Source: Gonapodya sp. JEL0774 (taxonomy: Eukaryota). Taken from it: a stretch of DNA of 64,000 bases. The notes beneath the pieces are model-generated. The model searched no databases and was not told the origin of the DNA. It saw only the letters and a program-made list of their open reading frames with translations. Below, piece by piece: positions 12,811-26,469 of the stretch. Each line of letters starts with the position of its first letter. Position 1 is the first letter of the stretch. The translations under genes and the position numbers were made by a program. Where the stretch lies: the NCBI GenBank assembly GCA_027604505.1, contig JADIIX010000011.1, positions 62,001-126,000 of the forward strand, in the 5' to 3' direction.

Positions 12811-15157
12811 TTACTCTCTATTTTGACAAGTGGATAGTGCATCTGTGAACACCTTTAACAACGCATCTCGTGTCTCTAACCCAACGGACACCCTTACCAA
12901 CCACCTCGATACTCCAAATCCTTCCGCCCAGTCCAGTTCATCAAAGTGCGCTAGAATAGCATAAGGTGAGGCGAGTGTGAAGTTGGTTCCTAAAGACGGG
13001 CCTTTGGCGCATCGCAGAGCGTCATAAAACGACACGGCATTTTCGTTGTCCTTGAAGACCACCGAAAACAAGGATCCGTAACCACCGTCAGGCCGTTTGT
13101 GAAAGGTGTAAATGTCCGTGTTGCAGTACTTTGGATAATGGACCTCTTTGACTGCAATAGCGTTGTGGAATCGGGGTTGAAATGATTGCACGTCAACGCT
13201 CACCTTCGGGTCTACTCTTCAGAAAGTCCACCAAAAATTCGGCGTTCTCATTGCAGATCAGCGCGCGACGACGGAAATCTCGTGAGTTACGCTCTAAGAA
13301 CAGGGCGTCCTCACACCATACGAGGTCTTCGTAATGCGTCCGGAATTCCGAGGACAATTTCTGGTAATGAGGACTTGCAGCGTTGAGTACGGCACTTTAG
13401 TGACAAGGAGCATATGCTTCATGATCAATGTTGCAAAGGTTGGCAATCAACTCTTAACGTACCTCCCTCCCATCACATTTGAGTCCCCACTAAATATCTT
13501 CGTCAAACTGGAGCACACCACATCAGCATACTCGAGCACCTCAACATTGACGAAATTGGCAATTGTCTCGTCTACCACAATAAGGAAACCGTGTGCATCG
13601 GCCATTGCACGTAGTCGGACTAAGTCGGCGGATTTACAGAGCGGGTTGGAGGGGAACTCAGTGAAGACGGCAAGGATCTTTTCTTTGGTAAGAATAGAAT
13701 TTTCCAATAGGTCGAGTTCTTCGGAAGTACTGTTGCCTAGGAAATGGACGCCAGCACCAAACTTCTGAAGAATCTTGAGCGTGTCCAAGTAAGGGAACCT
13801 GGAAGATCCTCAAAACGGCTGAATTCCCTCACCTGGGACGCCAGACGCATCCCAATGTCCTCCGCACTCACCCATATTGTACGCTCTTGAAATCCCCAAA
13901 TGCTTTACGTAGCTAGCATAATAAGAGGATACTGTAGTTAGCTTAAAGTAGTCCTAGAACGCGGTAGAGAACCGTATACTCGCTATGTAATGCGTCGAAT
14001 ATATGGCGTTCATACCACAGGGAAACAAAAAAACGTCTTCCTCCGAAAGTCCGGCGACGCCGCGACTCGAGACTTGCTTTCCGATCTTGGAGACAGTGTT
14101 TTCCGGATCCATCCCCTTGCCATTGACATCCCCGTTCTTGTGTGGTCCATCCGATATCTCTTTAGCAACCTGATCGATCAAACTCTCGGCCGCTACTTCG
14201 TTGCTCTCCTCACCAAGCACACCAGCGATTCTCCGTCTGACAATAAGCTTTGCCGCGTCAGCAACCTTGACCGACAGGTTTCGCCCGTATCGTTCCTCAA
14301 CGTATGTGTCCACATCGAGGCGATTCCGTTCCGAGGCTGCAGCTTCACGAGCTGAGGCAACGGATTCCGCGGAGGACGGACCCTTGGCGAAGTATCGTGG
14401 AGCACGAGAAAGCTGGTTGTTGAAGGAGGAGCCGGTAGGGGTGGCAACGTTGACACCACCAGTGGGCGAGAGGAGGCGAAGACAGTACTCGGCTTTGCGG
14501 GAAGAGATGATTGCGCTTTTGAAACCGAGATAAGATTGAGGGGGAGGAAAACACTTCATTCTGCAACGCATATTCTTAAGTCTCACCCAGAGTGCTGCCA
14601 AAATTGCTTTGCGACCTTCGTCAATCTCTCGGGGAACACGACGATATAAAGAGTGACATCGGGGAAGTCCGCAAACTCGTTCTGATCCGGGCCCAAAGAT
14701 ACCCGAGAATGGCTCGCCACAGGAATCGACTGATGCTTATCGAGCGCGAGCTCTACGATTCTGATGGGTATTCTTTCATCGGATGTGCATGTCTGAGATT
14801 TTATGAACTCTCGACACTGCTCAGCGGCCTTGGATGAAGGAAGAACAAGCACGCTTTCCCCATCCCGGGCGAATTTACGCTCGCATACGTTCATGAGTGT
14901 GCGCACCATCTTGTGGTACACGAATCGCGGGTACCCCGTTTGTAATTCCTTATGAACCGCAGGATCTCCTTCCTATGGATCCATTTTCAGGAGAGGTGAA
15001 ATTGAAACAAACCGTGCCTCCAACAGCATACCTCGTACTTTATATTATCACTCCATGTCGGCAATGTGACGGAAACGGCATGTTGGGGAGAGTCTGGAGG
15101 GATTGGAGTGCCCAACTTTGCACTGGATGGCTTGAATGTCAGAAAGGTGGAGTCCAT
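12811..15157 (-). CDS. STR2: Cystathionine gamma-synthase, fungal Str2/Met-7 type PLP enzyme
   Basis: [94 protein letters not shown] (PLP lysine), [24 protein letters not shown]. Confidence 0.9.
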
Positions 15158-15402
15158 TTTTGTGCTGAGTTGATGGAGTTACACAAGCGAATCTGGCGCA
15201 AAATCACGATGATGATGGAGGAAACAAGAGTGACAGATAGTAGGAAGAAAAAGTTGAATTTTCTGTGTAGGTTGGGTCTTCGCGAGAACGAGAACAGAAG
15301 GGCCGGGGATTGGCAGGGGAAACCCCTTCATCATGACCAAAGCAATGCTCCCCGTGTTTGATTCTGCGCCTCGAACACGATCATATCTTGGAGAAACCGA
15401 CG

Positions 15403-18400
15403 ATGGCGACGACTTCCAAGCCGCTGGACTTTTGGGTCAATGGAAAACATATCATCGATCCGAATCCCGATCCCGAAGAGACTTTGCTATCCTATGTCCG
15501 AAACAAGCTTGGTCTGACTGGATCTAAACTTGGATGTGGGGAAGGTGTGTCGTCAACCGTTTTACGCTCGCCGGTTTCTCTCTCAAATTGTGTCTTTGGC
15601 CGTTTGTGCTTTCTCCTGGCGCGATCGCTTGACTGGATTCTGCTCCGATCGCGTTTTCAGGAGGGTGCGGCGCCTGCACTGTTGTATCTTCTTCGTACAA
15701 TCTCAAGGAGAAAAAAGTTTCGTGCGTATTTCTCCTCTGTTTATTCAGTTAAATACAGATGAGCTCACGCTCGCTGGACTTTCGCCCGCCCGTGTTTCTC
15801 TTTCCCTCGCATCAAACCCCACCACTTTTTTCACCTGGCAGCTACACCTCCGTGAACGCATGCCTGGTTCCTATCTGCTCAGTGGACGGCAAGCACATTA
15901 TTACCATTGAGGGAATCGGAAGCTCCGCTCGTGAGTGGAAAATGGAATTCAAAAAGGGTGGTGATGGACGGAACCAGGATGATCCCGCTCACTCCCAACC
16001 AAATTTCCCGGCACACCCAGAGCCACATCCGACTCAAGAGATTATCGCTCGCCACCACGGCTCTCAGTGTGGCTTTGTAAGCTAGTTTCATCATTTTATG
16101 ATGGTGTACCGCGCTCAAGTTTGATTCTAGTGCACTCCAGGAATTGTCGTCAGTCTCTACACCTTGACAAAAAACAACCCAACACCGATCGAAGAGGAAA
16201 TCGAGGAAGCATTCGACGGTAAGTTTTGGAGCGTCGATCCATCTGGTATTCTCTTCTTATCACGGTAAAATTGGTGGTTTCCAGGGAATCTCTGCCGCTG
16301 CACAGGCTACCGTTCCATTCTGAAAGGGGCGAAAACTGTGAGCACAAGCATTCCCAAGTCGTCTCAGCTTTCTGCGAATCATCCTCAATCCCCACTGTGT
16401 TAAGTTCGCCGTCGACAGCCCTCTTTCAAAGACTTGCGCACGGACCTGCGCCGCTGGCGGCGAGTGTTCCTCCTCGTCGTGCATTGGCGACACACTTGTC
16501 AAGGCAGGTGACGTGGAGTCATGTACAGGCCCCAGTCTTCTCGCAGCAGCCAAGGATATTCCTTTCCCCGCGGAACTCATCAAACGTCACGATTCCGAGG
16601 CCAGTTCCCCAGCCACAACGTCCTACGCGTTTGACAATGGCACCGTCAAGTGGTACCACCCGAGCACATTAATTGAACTCGTCTCGCTCATGGAGGCGAA
16701 CCCCAACGCGAAGATTGTGTTTGGTAACACCGAAGTCGGGATCGAGACCAAGTTCAAGGCGATTCAATACCCGGTACAGATCTCGGCAGTTGATATCAAG
16801 GAGCTTAAAGTAGTCGAGACGAGAAAGGATCAGTCGGGCGTGGACGTCGGTGCAGGCACGACGCTGTCGGACTTCGGAGCGCTTCTCAAGGGGCTCATTA
16901 AGGAGCACGGAGAAGAGAAAACCAGGGGTTACCAGGCGTTGTTGGATAACCTCAAGTGGTTTGCTGGAAACCAGATTCGGAACGTGTAAGTTTGACATAT
17001 CGTTGATAGTGACATGATGCCCATACGATTTGGGGAGACTCGAAAGCTCATACACTCGTATTGTGACTTTCACAGAGCTTGCATCGCGGGAAACATCGTT
17101 ACAGCATCTCCAATCTCTGACTTGAACCCGGTCTTTGTTTCCCTGGTACGGTGTTCGTCGAACTTCGTTTACCTCATCTGCCTCGAGTTTGAAAATCGTC
17201 CGGGGATATGGTAGGGAGCGATACTCAAAGTTCAGTCGACCAAAGGCATCCGATCCATCCCCATGAAAGACTTTTTCCTCGGCTACCGCAAGACAGCTCT
17301 TGCCCCTAACGAGGTGGTGGTCTCGATATGTGAGTTCGCAAAGATGTCAATATCTCATGTCAGCTCTCACGTCATTCGCTTGTCCTAGTCCTGCCATTTA
17401 CTGAGGCCAACGAATACATCCGCGCTTTTAAGCAGGCTCGTCGCAGAGACGATGACATTGCAATTGTAAATGCAGGATTGCGCGTTAAGCTTGCAGACAA
17501 GGACGGAGTTTGGACAGTGTCCGACGCCTGTTTCTCATTTGGAGGAATGGCACCAACAACCGTCCAAGCTAAAGGAGCACAGCAGAAGGTGTTGGGCAAG
17601 AAATGGGACGAGTCCTTGCAGGAACAACTTGTTGCCTGGGTCGCTGAGGTAGGTTTACGAGGGAATGGAGAACGAAATCCCAGAAAAACACAATATTCAC
17701 CCAAGCCTCTGATATTACAAGGATTTGCCACTTCCCTACAACGTTCCCGGTGGGCAAGCACAGTACCGAAGGACTTTGGCAATGTCTTTCATTCACAAGT
17801 TCCACCTTTATGTTACCGGAGTCGTAACGTCATTACCGGAGACTTTGCGGTCAGCTGTCGAACTTTCAGAACGTCCTCTCAGCACCGGTCGTCAGGAGTA
17901 CGCGTCCACTTCGAAAGATGACAAACTAGTTCAGGTTGGAAAAGAGGTCATGCACGTTGCAGCGCTCAATCAGGTCACGGGGGAGGCCTTTTATTTGGAC
18001 GACATTCCACGAATGACAAATGAACTTTACGGTGCAATGGTGCAGAGCACCGTTGCACATGCAAAGATTAAGTGCGTTCGCTCGATGTTTCCCAAGTTCT
18101 TTTCACTGACAAGGCTTCCCATCAAGATCGGTTGATCCCTCGGCTGCTCTGGCATTCAAAGGAGTGAGAGCGTACATTACAGCGGGTGATATTCCCGACT
18201 ATCTCAACCGTAAGAAGCATGGTCATGACCCTAATCTGATTGGACCGACAGTCAAAGGTAAGAGAAAGGGCGTTCTTAGGCGTTGCTAGGGTCCGAAGCA
18301 ATTCAAACATGTGTACTTGCTTGAAAGATGAGGAGCTCTTTGCAACAGAGGAAGTTTTTCATGTTGGCCAAATGATTGGTATGGTCGTTGCGGAGAACGA

Positions 18401-21350
18401 GATGATTGCACGGAAAGCTGCAAGGCTTGTTAAAGTCCAGTACGAAGTGCTCCCAGCAGTCTTCACAATCGAGGTAAGTGTCTCTCTGCACAGCTTCAAA
18501 GTGAAGCACTACTCTGACTTCAATCACGCAGGATGCGATTGCTGCGAACTCATATATGCCGATCACTCGAACTGTTTTGACTGGAGAGTACACAAAAGAT
18601 TCTTCAGGAAAGGTCACTGATCATGCATGGATCAGAGAGGACCCAGCCGCTCCTCAGGTCCCTCTGTCAGCAGCCACACACCACATCACTGGGACCATGA
18701 GAATGGCTGGCCAGGAACAATTCTATCTGGAGACAAATGCATCTCTCGTGTTTGTGAAACCGGAAGGGGAAATTGAAATCTTTGCGTCAAGTCAGAACCC
18801 GACGGAGACCCAACACATGGTTGCTCATTCACTTGGGGTCCCATCAAATAGAGTGACTGTTCGAGTAAAGAGAATGGGAGGGGGCTTTGGTGGGAAGGAG
18901 TCCCGCTCAGTTTTCTTGACCTGCGCACTTGCGGTGGCTTCTAAAAAGCTTGGTGTTCCGGTTCGGTGCATGCTCACTCGTGAGGAAGATATGAGCATTA
19001 CGGGGATGAGGCATCCATTCAGGTGAGTAAAAATCATAACGTTCCTTTATTCGTTGGTGTAACCTGAGCATTCCGCGAACCAGGGGTGATTACAAAGTCG
19101 GATTCACAGCCGAGGGCAAATTGGTCTACTTGGACATGAATGTAGGTGCCGTAACAATTATCGCCGTTTCGATGTTACTCATGAACTATCTCACAGATAT
19201 ACTCTAATGCTGGCTACTCCATGGATTTGTCGCTGAGCATTCTGGAACGGGCGATCACTCATTGTGATAATCTGTATTACATTCCCAATGTAAAGATCAA
19301 CGGGAAAATGTGCAGGACAAACCTACCAACGAACACCGCGTGAGTGCTTTTGTTCTTACGCAAGGGAAATAATACTGAGGCTCTGTGTTACTTCAGGTTC
19401 CGTGGATTTGGTGGCCCGCAAGGGATGCTGATCGCTGAAACGTAAGTGAATGTATCATGTTTGCCCGCGATATTACTTTGGTTTTACTTTCTTCTCTCCA
19501 GATACATCACACACGTTGCAAACTTTTTAAACAAACCCGTAGAAGAAATTCAACGGTTGAACTTCTACCAGACAAATCAACTCACTCATTACCGACAACC
19601 TCTGGAGGATGTCTTTTTTGACCGAGTTTGGGCCAAACTCATGGAGGAGAGCAAATTTGTCTCTAGAAAGAAGGAAGTCGCGGAGTTCAACGAGAAGAAC
19701 TCGTTTAAAAAGAGGTAACTTCACTTGTATTTGCCCATTGAGTCTCCTAAGACGGCAGACCTCCCTTGTTTACAGGGGAATTACCGCGATGCCCACGAAG
19801 TTCGGTATTGCCTTCACCGCAAGATGGCTCAATCAGGTATGAAACGCGGACAGGTAGCATCCAAATGGAAATAATCTAATATCACTTCCTAAGGGTGGGG
19901 CCTCTGTATTGATATACACTGATGGGTCTGTGCTCGTTCAACATGGAGGTATGTGCGATTGGTTGATCCCTTGTTCATGTATTCGACAGAGAGTGAACCA
20001 TAACTCTTCGCAGGGTAAGATGAAAACGTGTGTTTTTTGGCAGTGCGTTCCCTGTTAACGCTCAGTTGGATCGCTCCGGCAGGACTGAGATGGGTCAGGG
20101 CCTCCACACCAAAATGGGTGGGTTAGAATATTCACCATATTCAGGGTATATTCTCTGACTAACTCTATACAACAGTGCAAGTGGCAGCAAATGCACTCGG
20201 TATCCCCATCGAGAAAGTATACATCAATGAAACGAACACTTCAGCAATACCAAATACCTCTGCAACAGCTGCAAGTGCCAGTTCAGATTTGAACGGCATG
20301 GCTGTTTTGAATGCATGTAAACAGCTTGTGGAACGATTAGCACCATACAGAGCAAAAAATCCAAATGGAACGTGGGAACAGGTAAATGACATTCGGTTTC
20401 TCTCTGTCTTGTAAACCCATCCTGCTACCCGTTGTATGATTCCAAGATAATATCCCAAGCTTATATCGACCGATGCGATTTGAGTGCTCGCGGCTTCTAC
20501 AAAACACCCGATCTCAGCTATGACTGGGGAACAAATAGTGGAAGAATGTTCAATTAGTGGGTTTATAGTTGCTCAGTATTCTGCTCACATTTCTCAAAAG
20601 AATTCCTTTTGTGGTACATGAACAGTTATGTCTATGGAGCAGCAGTTACAGAAGTTGAAATCGACTGTTTAACTGGAGACCACGTTGTCCTTCGGTCTGA
20701 TATTGTGATGGATATTGGCCAAAGTTTGAATCCAAGTATTGACGTTGGCCAGGTTTGTGTTGTTTCTTGAGTTCGTCGTGTTCGGACTTACCCACTGTTT
20801 TATCCAGGTCGAAGGTGCCTTTGCTCAAGGGCAAGGCTGGACAACGATAGAGGAACCTCTGATATCTCCCACAACAGGTTTAATGTGGACTAGAGGTATG
20901 TGTGGACTTTAAGAAGGCGTTTAGTACGTGTTGTGTTACTTGGGTATGGGCTCCACCCAGGTCCTGGTGCATATAAGATTCCCGGCTTCAGGGATATTCC
21001 AGCGGAATTCAATGTGTACTTCGTGAAAGAATCTCAAAACAAGAGAGCCATTCATAGTTCCAAGGCAATCGGAGAGTGAGTGACGGCTCCTCGCCTAGTG
21101 TTCGTTGTATAATAATTTCTGATCGGGAATCCCGCCCAGACCACCGCTATTCATGGGTGCGAGTGTGTTCTTTGCAATCCGAGACGCCATTAAGGCGGCG
21201 CGCCTGCATCAAGGGAAAACTGGTCACTTCGAGCTGTTTTCCCCCGCCAGCTCAGAACGAATCAGGTTGGCAGTCCAGGACAAACATGTGGAGTCCACAA
21301 TGTTCTCTGAGGATACTTTGAAGATAAAACCATGGTCTACAATAGCATAA
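15403..21350 (+). CDS. XDH: Xanthine dehydrogenase (2Fe-2S, FAD and Moco domains), more than 20 introns
   Basis: [142 protein letters not shown]. Confidence 0.97.
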
Positions 21351-21911
21351 CATGAATACATTTGAGCGAGTTTATAATTCACCACTGCTGCTGAATTACT
21401 CTGCAAAGGTGAAAACATTGTTGAGACCGTGGTGACATTGTACTCAAACGCAGAGTGAGTTGACAACTGTGCTCAGACCTACTGGGCGGCAACCGCACCA
21501 GGACACACTATTCTCGACTATCTGGAAGCCTGGAACTGTTCTCTTGTTCCCGATGACTTCGTAATATACATATCGTGTGCCGCCCTCGTATCTTCACTCC
21601 CGAAACAACGCAAATCAGAACCCACTCAGCGCATAACTCACATACCAAAAAATCAGTACTGCTGCAATTGCGTCGGGTTACTGGTTACCGTCTCAGGAAG
21701 CACCGGTTTCCAAGTTTCCAACCGCGGCGCCGGCCAGACTGCCAGATTGCTGTTTCGGGTATTGCTCCGGATTCACAACACACCTGTTCTGCTCCAATAA
21801 CACCTTTTATAACCTCAAACGCCCACACGATATTTCTCCCGGGAGTATTTTACTGTTATTAGTAGCACTCCCTCATCAGACAGATCAGATCGATCAGTTG
21901 CCGCACCGAGA

Positions 21912-24162
21912 ATGGATGCTTCTTATGAGGAAGATTTTGAGGTTGGCTCGACGAGGTCAAAACGCACGTTTCCTTGTAGTCCGTGATTTTTTATCTCGAA
22001 ACCTGCCACCAGGACCTAGGAGAAGATGGTGCAGTCGATGCAGGCGACGCAGATGCGATTACCAGCCAACTGCTTTCTGCTGATGCATCACCGACGGCTC
22101 CCAAACCGCAAAAAGTGGTCAAGCTCAGGGCTCCGGAAGGTTCGAGGGGTGTGAGATCAGTTCGATTCTGGACCTTAAACGAACGTCGTATCCACTCTCT
22201 GCTCTTCTTCAACAAAGGACGTTTTACGCCTCGTTCGACTCTCTGAGTACGGAGTTGAACTGGTCAATATAGAGCCTCGAATGAATCAATCAAATGCTTT
22301 CTTCCCGGTGAGATTGGCCCTTAGCAAGAGACAGGAGGTAAGAACAGTCGTGAATGAATACTTAATGAACCCCAATTTCGAGTTTCCATTGTTGGATTAC
22401 GATTCGTGGTTGCTAGAAAAACATTCAGGTGCAAGAATGGGCTACAGTCGGGATTCAAACTGACGACTGGGACATTGCAGATAGATGGTCGCAGCAACCA
22501 CCTGCCACCTTTGTCGAGTCCGCACAAGCCATGCCCGATTTACCGTGGTTGTTGCGACAAGAGCGAGACCGGGTTCCCGAAACATCGTGCTCCATTGATA
22601 GCTCCAAGCGCGACTTCGAGCAATTCCTCAAGGAATCGGCGAGAACCATCTTTGAGACCTGGTCCTCGGAAAGCGGTATTGATGATCAACAGAAAAGAAA
22701 TAATCTTGTATCCGAGAGGTCTAATCCAGCGAATATTCAAGAGGTTATCAAAGGTGAACTCTTGCCTCGAGTACCCACAATTTTGCCCAACTCGATCTCA
22801 GCTCACCCTTATCCCAAGGTCGTCGGGTCACTTTCGTCAATTTTGGCTCTGAAAGCTTATTGTACATCGGACTCGCGGCGTCCCCCACTGCTTCGCGCTC
22901 TATCCCCAGTGACAGCGAAAGGATTCCGCCATGTGGATTGGTGATTGCGTTTAACCTCGCAGAAGCACGGACGGAGAGGTTTGTCCGTTGTTTCTTTTGT
23001 ACGTTTCGGCCTTTTGGTACTGGAAGCCTCTTTGCACTTGCACCCAGGATTCTAGTTTGCGAAGGAACTCCAGGTCAATTGATTTCGGATATCACTCATC
23101 TTCATGCCGCTCACTTAGAAGAGGGCAGTATTGTTGTTTGGGATATGCAAGGAGCGAGTGACCGAACACGCGATGGAACACCCCTATGTTTCCCATCAAG
23201 CATGACGGGGATGCTTCAAGACACACTGGCGAGCGGAAGCATTGTATGCATATCCTTCCTGCCGCCGTGCAAAGAGGAGGGACCTCATGAACTCTCCAAA
23301 CTCGCTGCACTTTATTCCCGTGGGGACTATCATGTCATGGTGAGCTATACCGCAATGCTGAAGTCAGACATCATGAAGTACCAAAGTCACTTTCCCATCC
23401 TCTCAAATGCGAAGTCCTTGCGGAGAAGCAAGAGAACAACAGGTTTGTTCCGCCAAATCGAGTTTACTCAGGACAAAGTGTACAAGTTCGAGGTTGGAAC
23501 GAGGTTCGTCGTGCTTTAGTCACACAGATGAGGAGTAAATAATTGAACCTTTGACACTATCTAGACTAATCGAATGCGCCATCTTTCTTTCGCCTCTGCG
23601 CGTCATTGTTGGCACACTGAATGGAACACTAGAACAGAGGTCATCCTTGGGAGTTCGCTGTTCTCCCGATGTATACCGCATATTTCCAGCCACTTTGCAT
23701 TCGAAAAGGACGCCTGTTGTTCTCGCTCGGGTGATCGCAATGGACGTCTGGAGGCACTTGAGCCCGAGTTTGATTCTCGTGGCGTGGTCGTCAGGCTTGA
23801 TCGGCCTATTCAAAATGACTAAGTCCGAGCCACTGCGCCGCTGGGATGTAAAAACACCGTTGGTGACAGCTTTTTGGTCGCTCGAGCGACCTGGTGTATT
23901 TTTCGTGGTGTCTCGATTGAGCAAAGTGTTTGCATTCGATCTGTTGCAGTCAACAAACTCTGATACTCCTTGCGGAATAGAATCTACGCCAAAAAGCGAA
24001 GTTGTCGATGCAACCATGTCCCAGGCGTCTGTGCTTGCTCTGGCATACCGTGATGGGACAGTGGCTCTGCGCGAGACACACGAAACACTTCGAGAACCTC
24101 TCATTGATGAAGCAACTGAGGTAGCGAATCTCTTTAGTATTGGTGAAGATTTGATAGCGTAG
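21912..24162 (+). CDS. WDR60: Cytoplasmic dynein-2 intermediate chain, WDR60/DYNC2I1-like (divergent)
   Basis: N-terminal YEEDFE, motif IQTDDWDIADRWSQQP (resembles WDR60 IQT(E/D)..W(T/S)QHP from memory), GSIVVWDM, WSLERPGVFFV, FAFDLL, and a C-terminal WD region typical of dynein intermediate chains. Confidence 0.6.
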
Positions 24163-24291
24163 ATTAGTTATCCGACTTGTTTCTTGTTGGGATTTGAGCC
24201 CATTTTCTCTACATATTGGGGTCGAGAACCATGATGGACTCTGCAGGTTTTTTTCAAACCAACCACTCGCATCATCTACGCTGGACGAAAA

Positions 24292-26456
24292 ATGACCAAT
24301 ACAGACGGTAGGAAACCAACTTGCATTGAAAAAGCTTCGTGGATTGCAGTCTGATATCGCCTGGAAGCATTCCCCTCACTCTCCGAGGCTGTTGCCGGCC
24401 CCAAGAAGAAGCAACCGAAGCCTAAGTCCATGCCCCTTGTGAGAGAAAAACAAATCTTGGGGGATTGATCGAAGATGATGGGGTGTTTAATCGTTAATCT
24501 GACGGGTGGATTGTGGTTACACAACTAGGGGGAGTTCATGAAGGACACGACCACTGGTGGTGAGTGCTGTAAAAGTCGTGTCCCCCAACTCGAATGTTGA
24601 AAGAGCAAAATTGGTACGAAAGCTAAGCCAATCGCCTCCTGGGCTGACGATCCTATTGAGGATTTGCCGACCGGACGTGAGTTGTGAGACTGCGTTATCA
24701 GCGTATCGTTGTACCCCACTCAACGATCATACACTGGACAGCAACTGGACAGTCGGGCTGTGAGTTGCTCATTTCTATAGGTTGCTTCGGGTAGCGAGAT
24801 TCACTGGTTCCTCGCTCAGACCGGGACGGATCCCGGGGACCCAGCTCGTACGACGGTGGTCGGGACGGGTACGAGGGGGATTCTAGGAGCCAAAGGCCCA
24901 AGCAGCCTGTTCCCAATCGCCCACCCTATACGGCGTACGTTGGCAACCTTCCTTACGAGATTCATGAAGAAGCAATCAAGGAGTTTTTCCAACCATTGAA
25001 AGTGCGTTCATCAACTTGTGAAAGCTAAGCTCACCACCATATAGTTGATATGTTCACACTGCTTTTGACACAAGATTAAGTCTGTGAGGCTGACAAAGGA
25101 CAGGGACACTGGGAAACTGAAAGGATTTGGGTATGTGGAGTTCGAGGATCGTGAATCACTTGAGCAAGCGGTTGCTGATGGGGGCGCGGTGAGTGTGCAA
25201 GGTGTTGTTTGCACCCCAGTAGCTGAGTTTGACACCTTGCATCTTTATTAGGAGCTGGACGGGAGGCGTATTCGAATCGACGTGGCAGAGCGTAAGTGCA
25301 CCGCCTCCTCCTCTTCTCTGAAATACTCAACCGTACCGAATACACGTACGAAACGCCAGCCAAAGACCGGCCTACTGATGACCGCACCACATCAGACTGG
25401 CGATCCAACCGTCCCGAACGGATAGAGAGACGTCCCACCTATGACTACCCTCGCAGGGACGACCACCGTGGTGAACGTGATTTTGGCAGGGATCGAGAGC
25501 ATGGACCAAACAGGGAGGGAGGATTCGGACGGGACTTTGGTAGGGACCGTGCGCCTCAACGGTCCTCGACTATGCCAGGTGTGTGTTCAAAAGCTTCGTT
25601 GCCGCCATTCCAAAGCATGGAAAGTGCGCACGCCACGTTCCTTTTTCGGGGACCAAACGTTCTTCCTCTTTTGATATTCACAGAGCCTGCGACTAGCGAG
25701 AGAAAGAAGCTCGTTCTAGCTCCGCGAACGTCGCAACCCACTTCACCAAACTCTCCCGAAGCCCCCGCCGTCACCACTGCTGCTCCGGTCGCGCCTGCTA
25801 AGAAAAAATCAGATCCCTTTGGGGGCGCCCGTCCTGTAGACGTGTCAGAGATTGAACGAAAAGCCGAGGAGCGTCTCAAACTCAGGGAAGAAGAATTAAG
25901 GAAGAAATCTGAGGAAGAGAAGCGGAAGAGGGAGGAAGAGGAGGCCGCGAAAAAGAAGGACTTGGCCGCAAAAGATGCAGCAGCTGCCCCGGTTGCACAC
26001 GAGGCCAGACTAGCTGCAGCGGCGGGGTCATGGAGGGCGAGGGAAGGCAATGGTCCCCCTGCCAGACGTGAGGCTCCTTTTGGAGGCGAGAGACATGTTG
26101 GTGCAGGGCGAGGTGGTGGTTCCGGTCGCGGCGGAAGCTTCGGCCGAGGCGATGGAGGTTTTGGGAGGGGAGGGGGTGGTGGCGGTGACCACGGACCGAA
26201 GCGTGACGCGCCACACGGTGGTCCTCCCAGGAACGAAGGAGGTGCGTGGCGTGGAGCCGGTGGTGCGGTAGCCAAGGCTATCAAGCCTGAGGGTGAGGGT
26301 GAGGAGAAAGTTGTCGCGTCGAACAAGTACGATTTGCTTCACGTGAGTGTTGTTCTTATCATCCCCCTTTTGTCCTGCACGCCTTATGTGATGTTTAGAA
26401 TCTGATCCATCTGTTCTACCCCCCTCTCCCCCCTCCCATAGGATGGGGACGAGTAA
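24292..26456 (+). CDS. TIF3: Translation initiation factor eIF4B (RRM)
   Basis: MTNTDAFPSLSEAVAGPKKKQPK..SWADD..PPYTAYVGNLPY..GKLKGFGYVEFEDRESL..IRIDVAE..SDWR..RKKLVLAPR..DPFGGARPVD..NKYDLL. Confidence 0.9.
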
Positions 26457-26469
26457 AAGCGTTTTTGTG

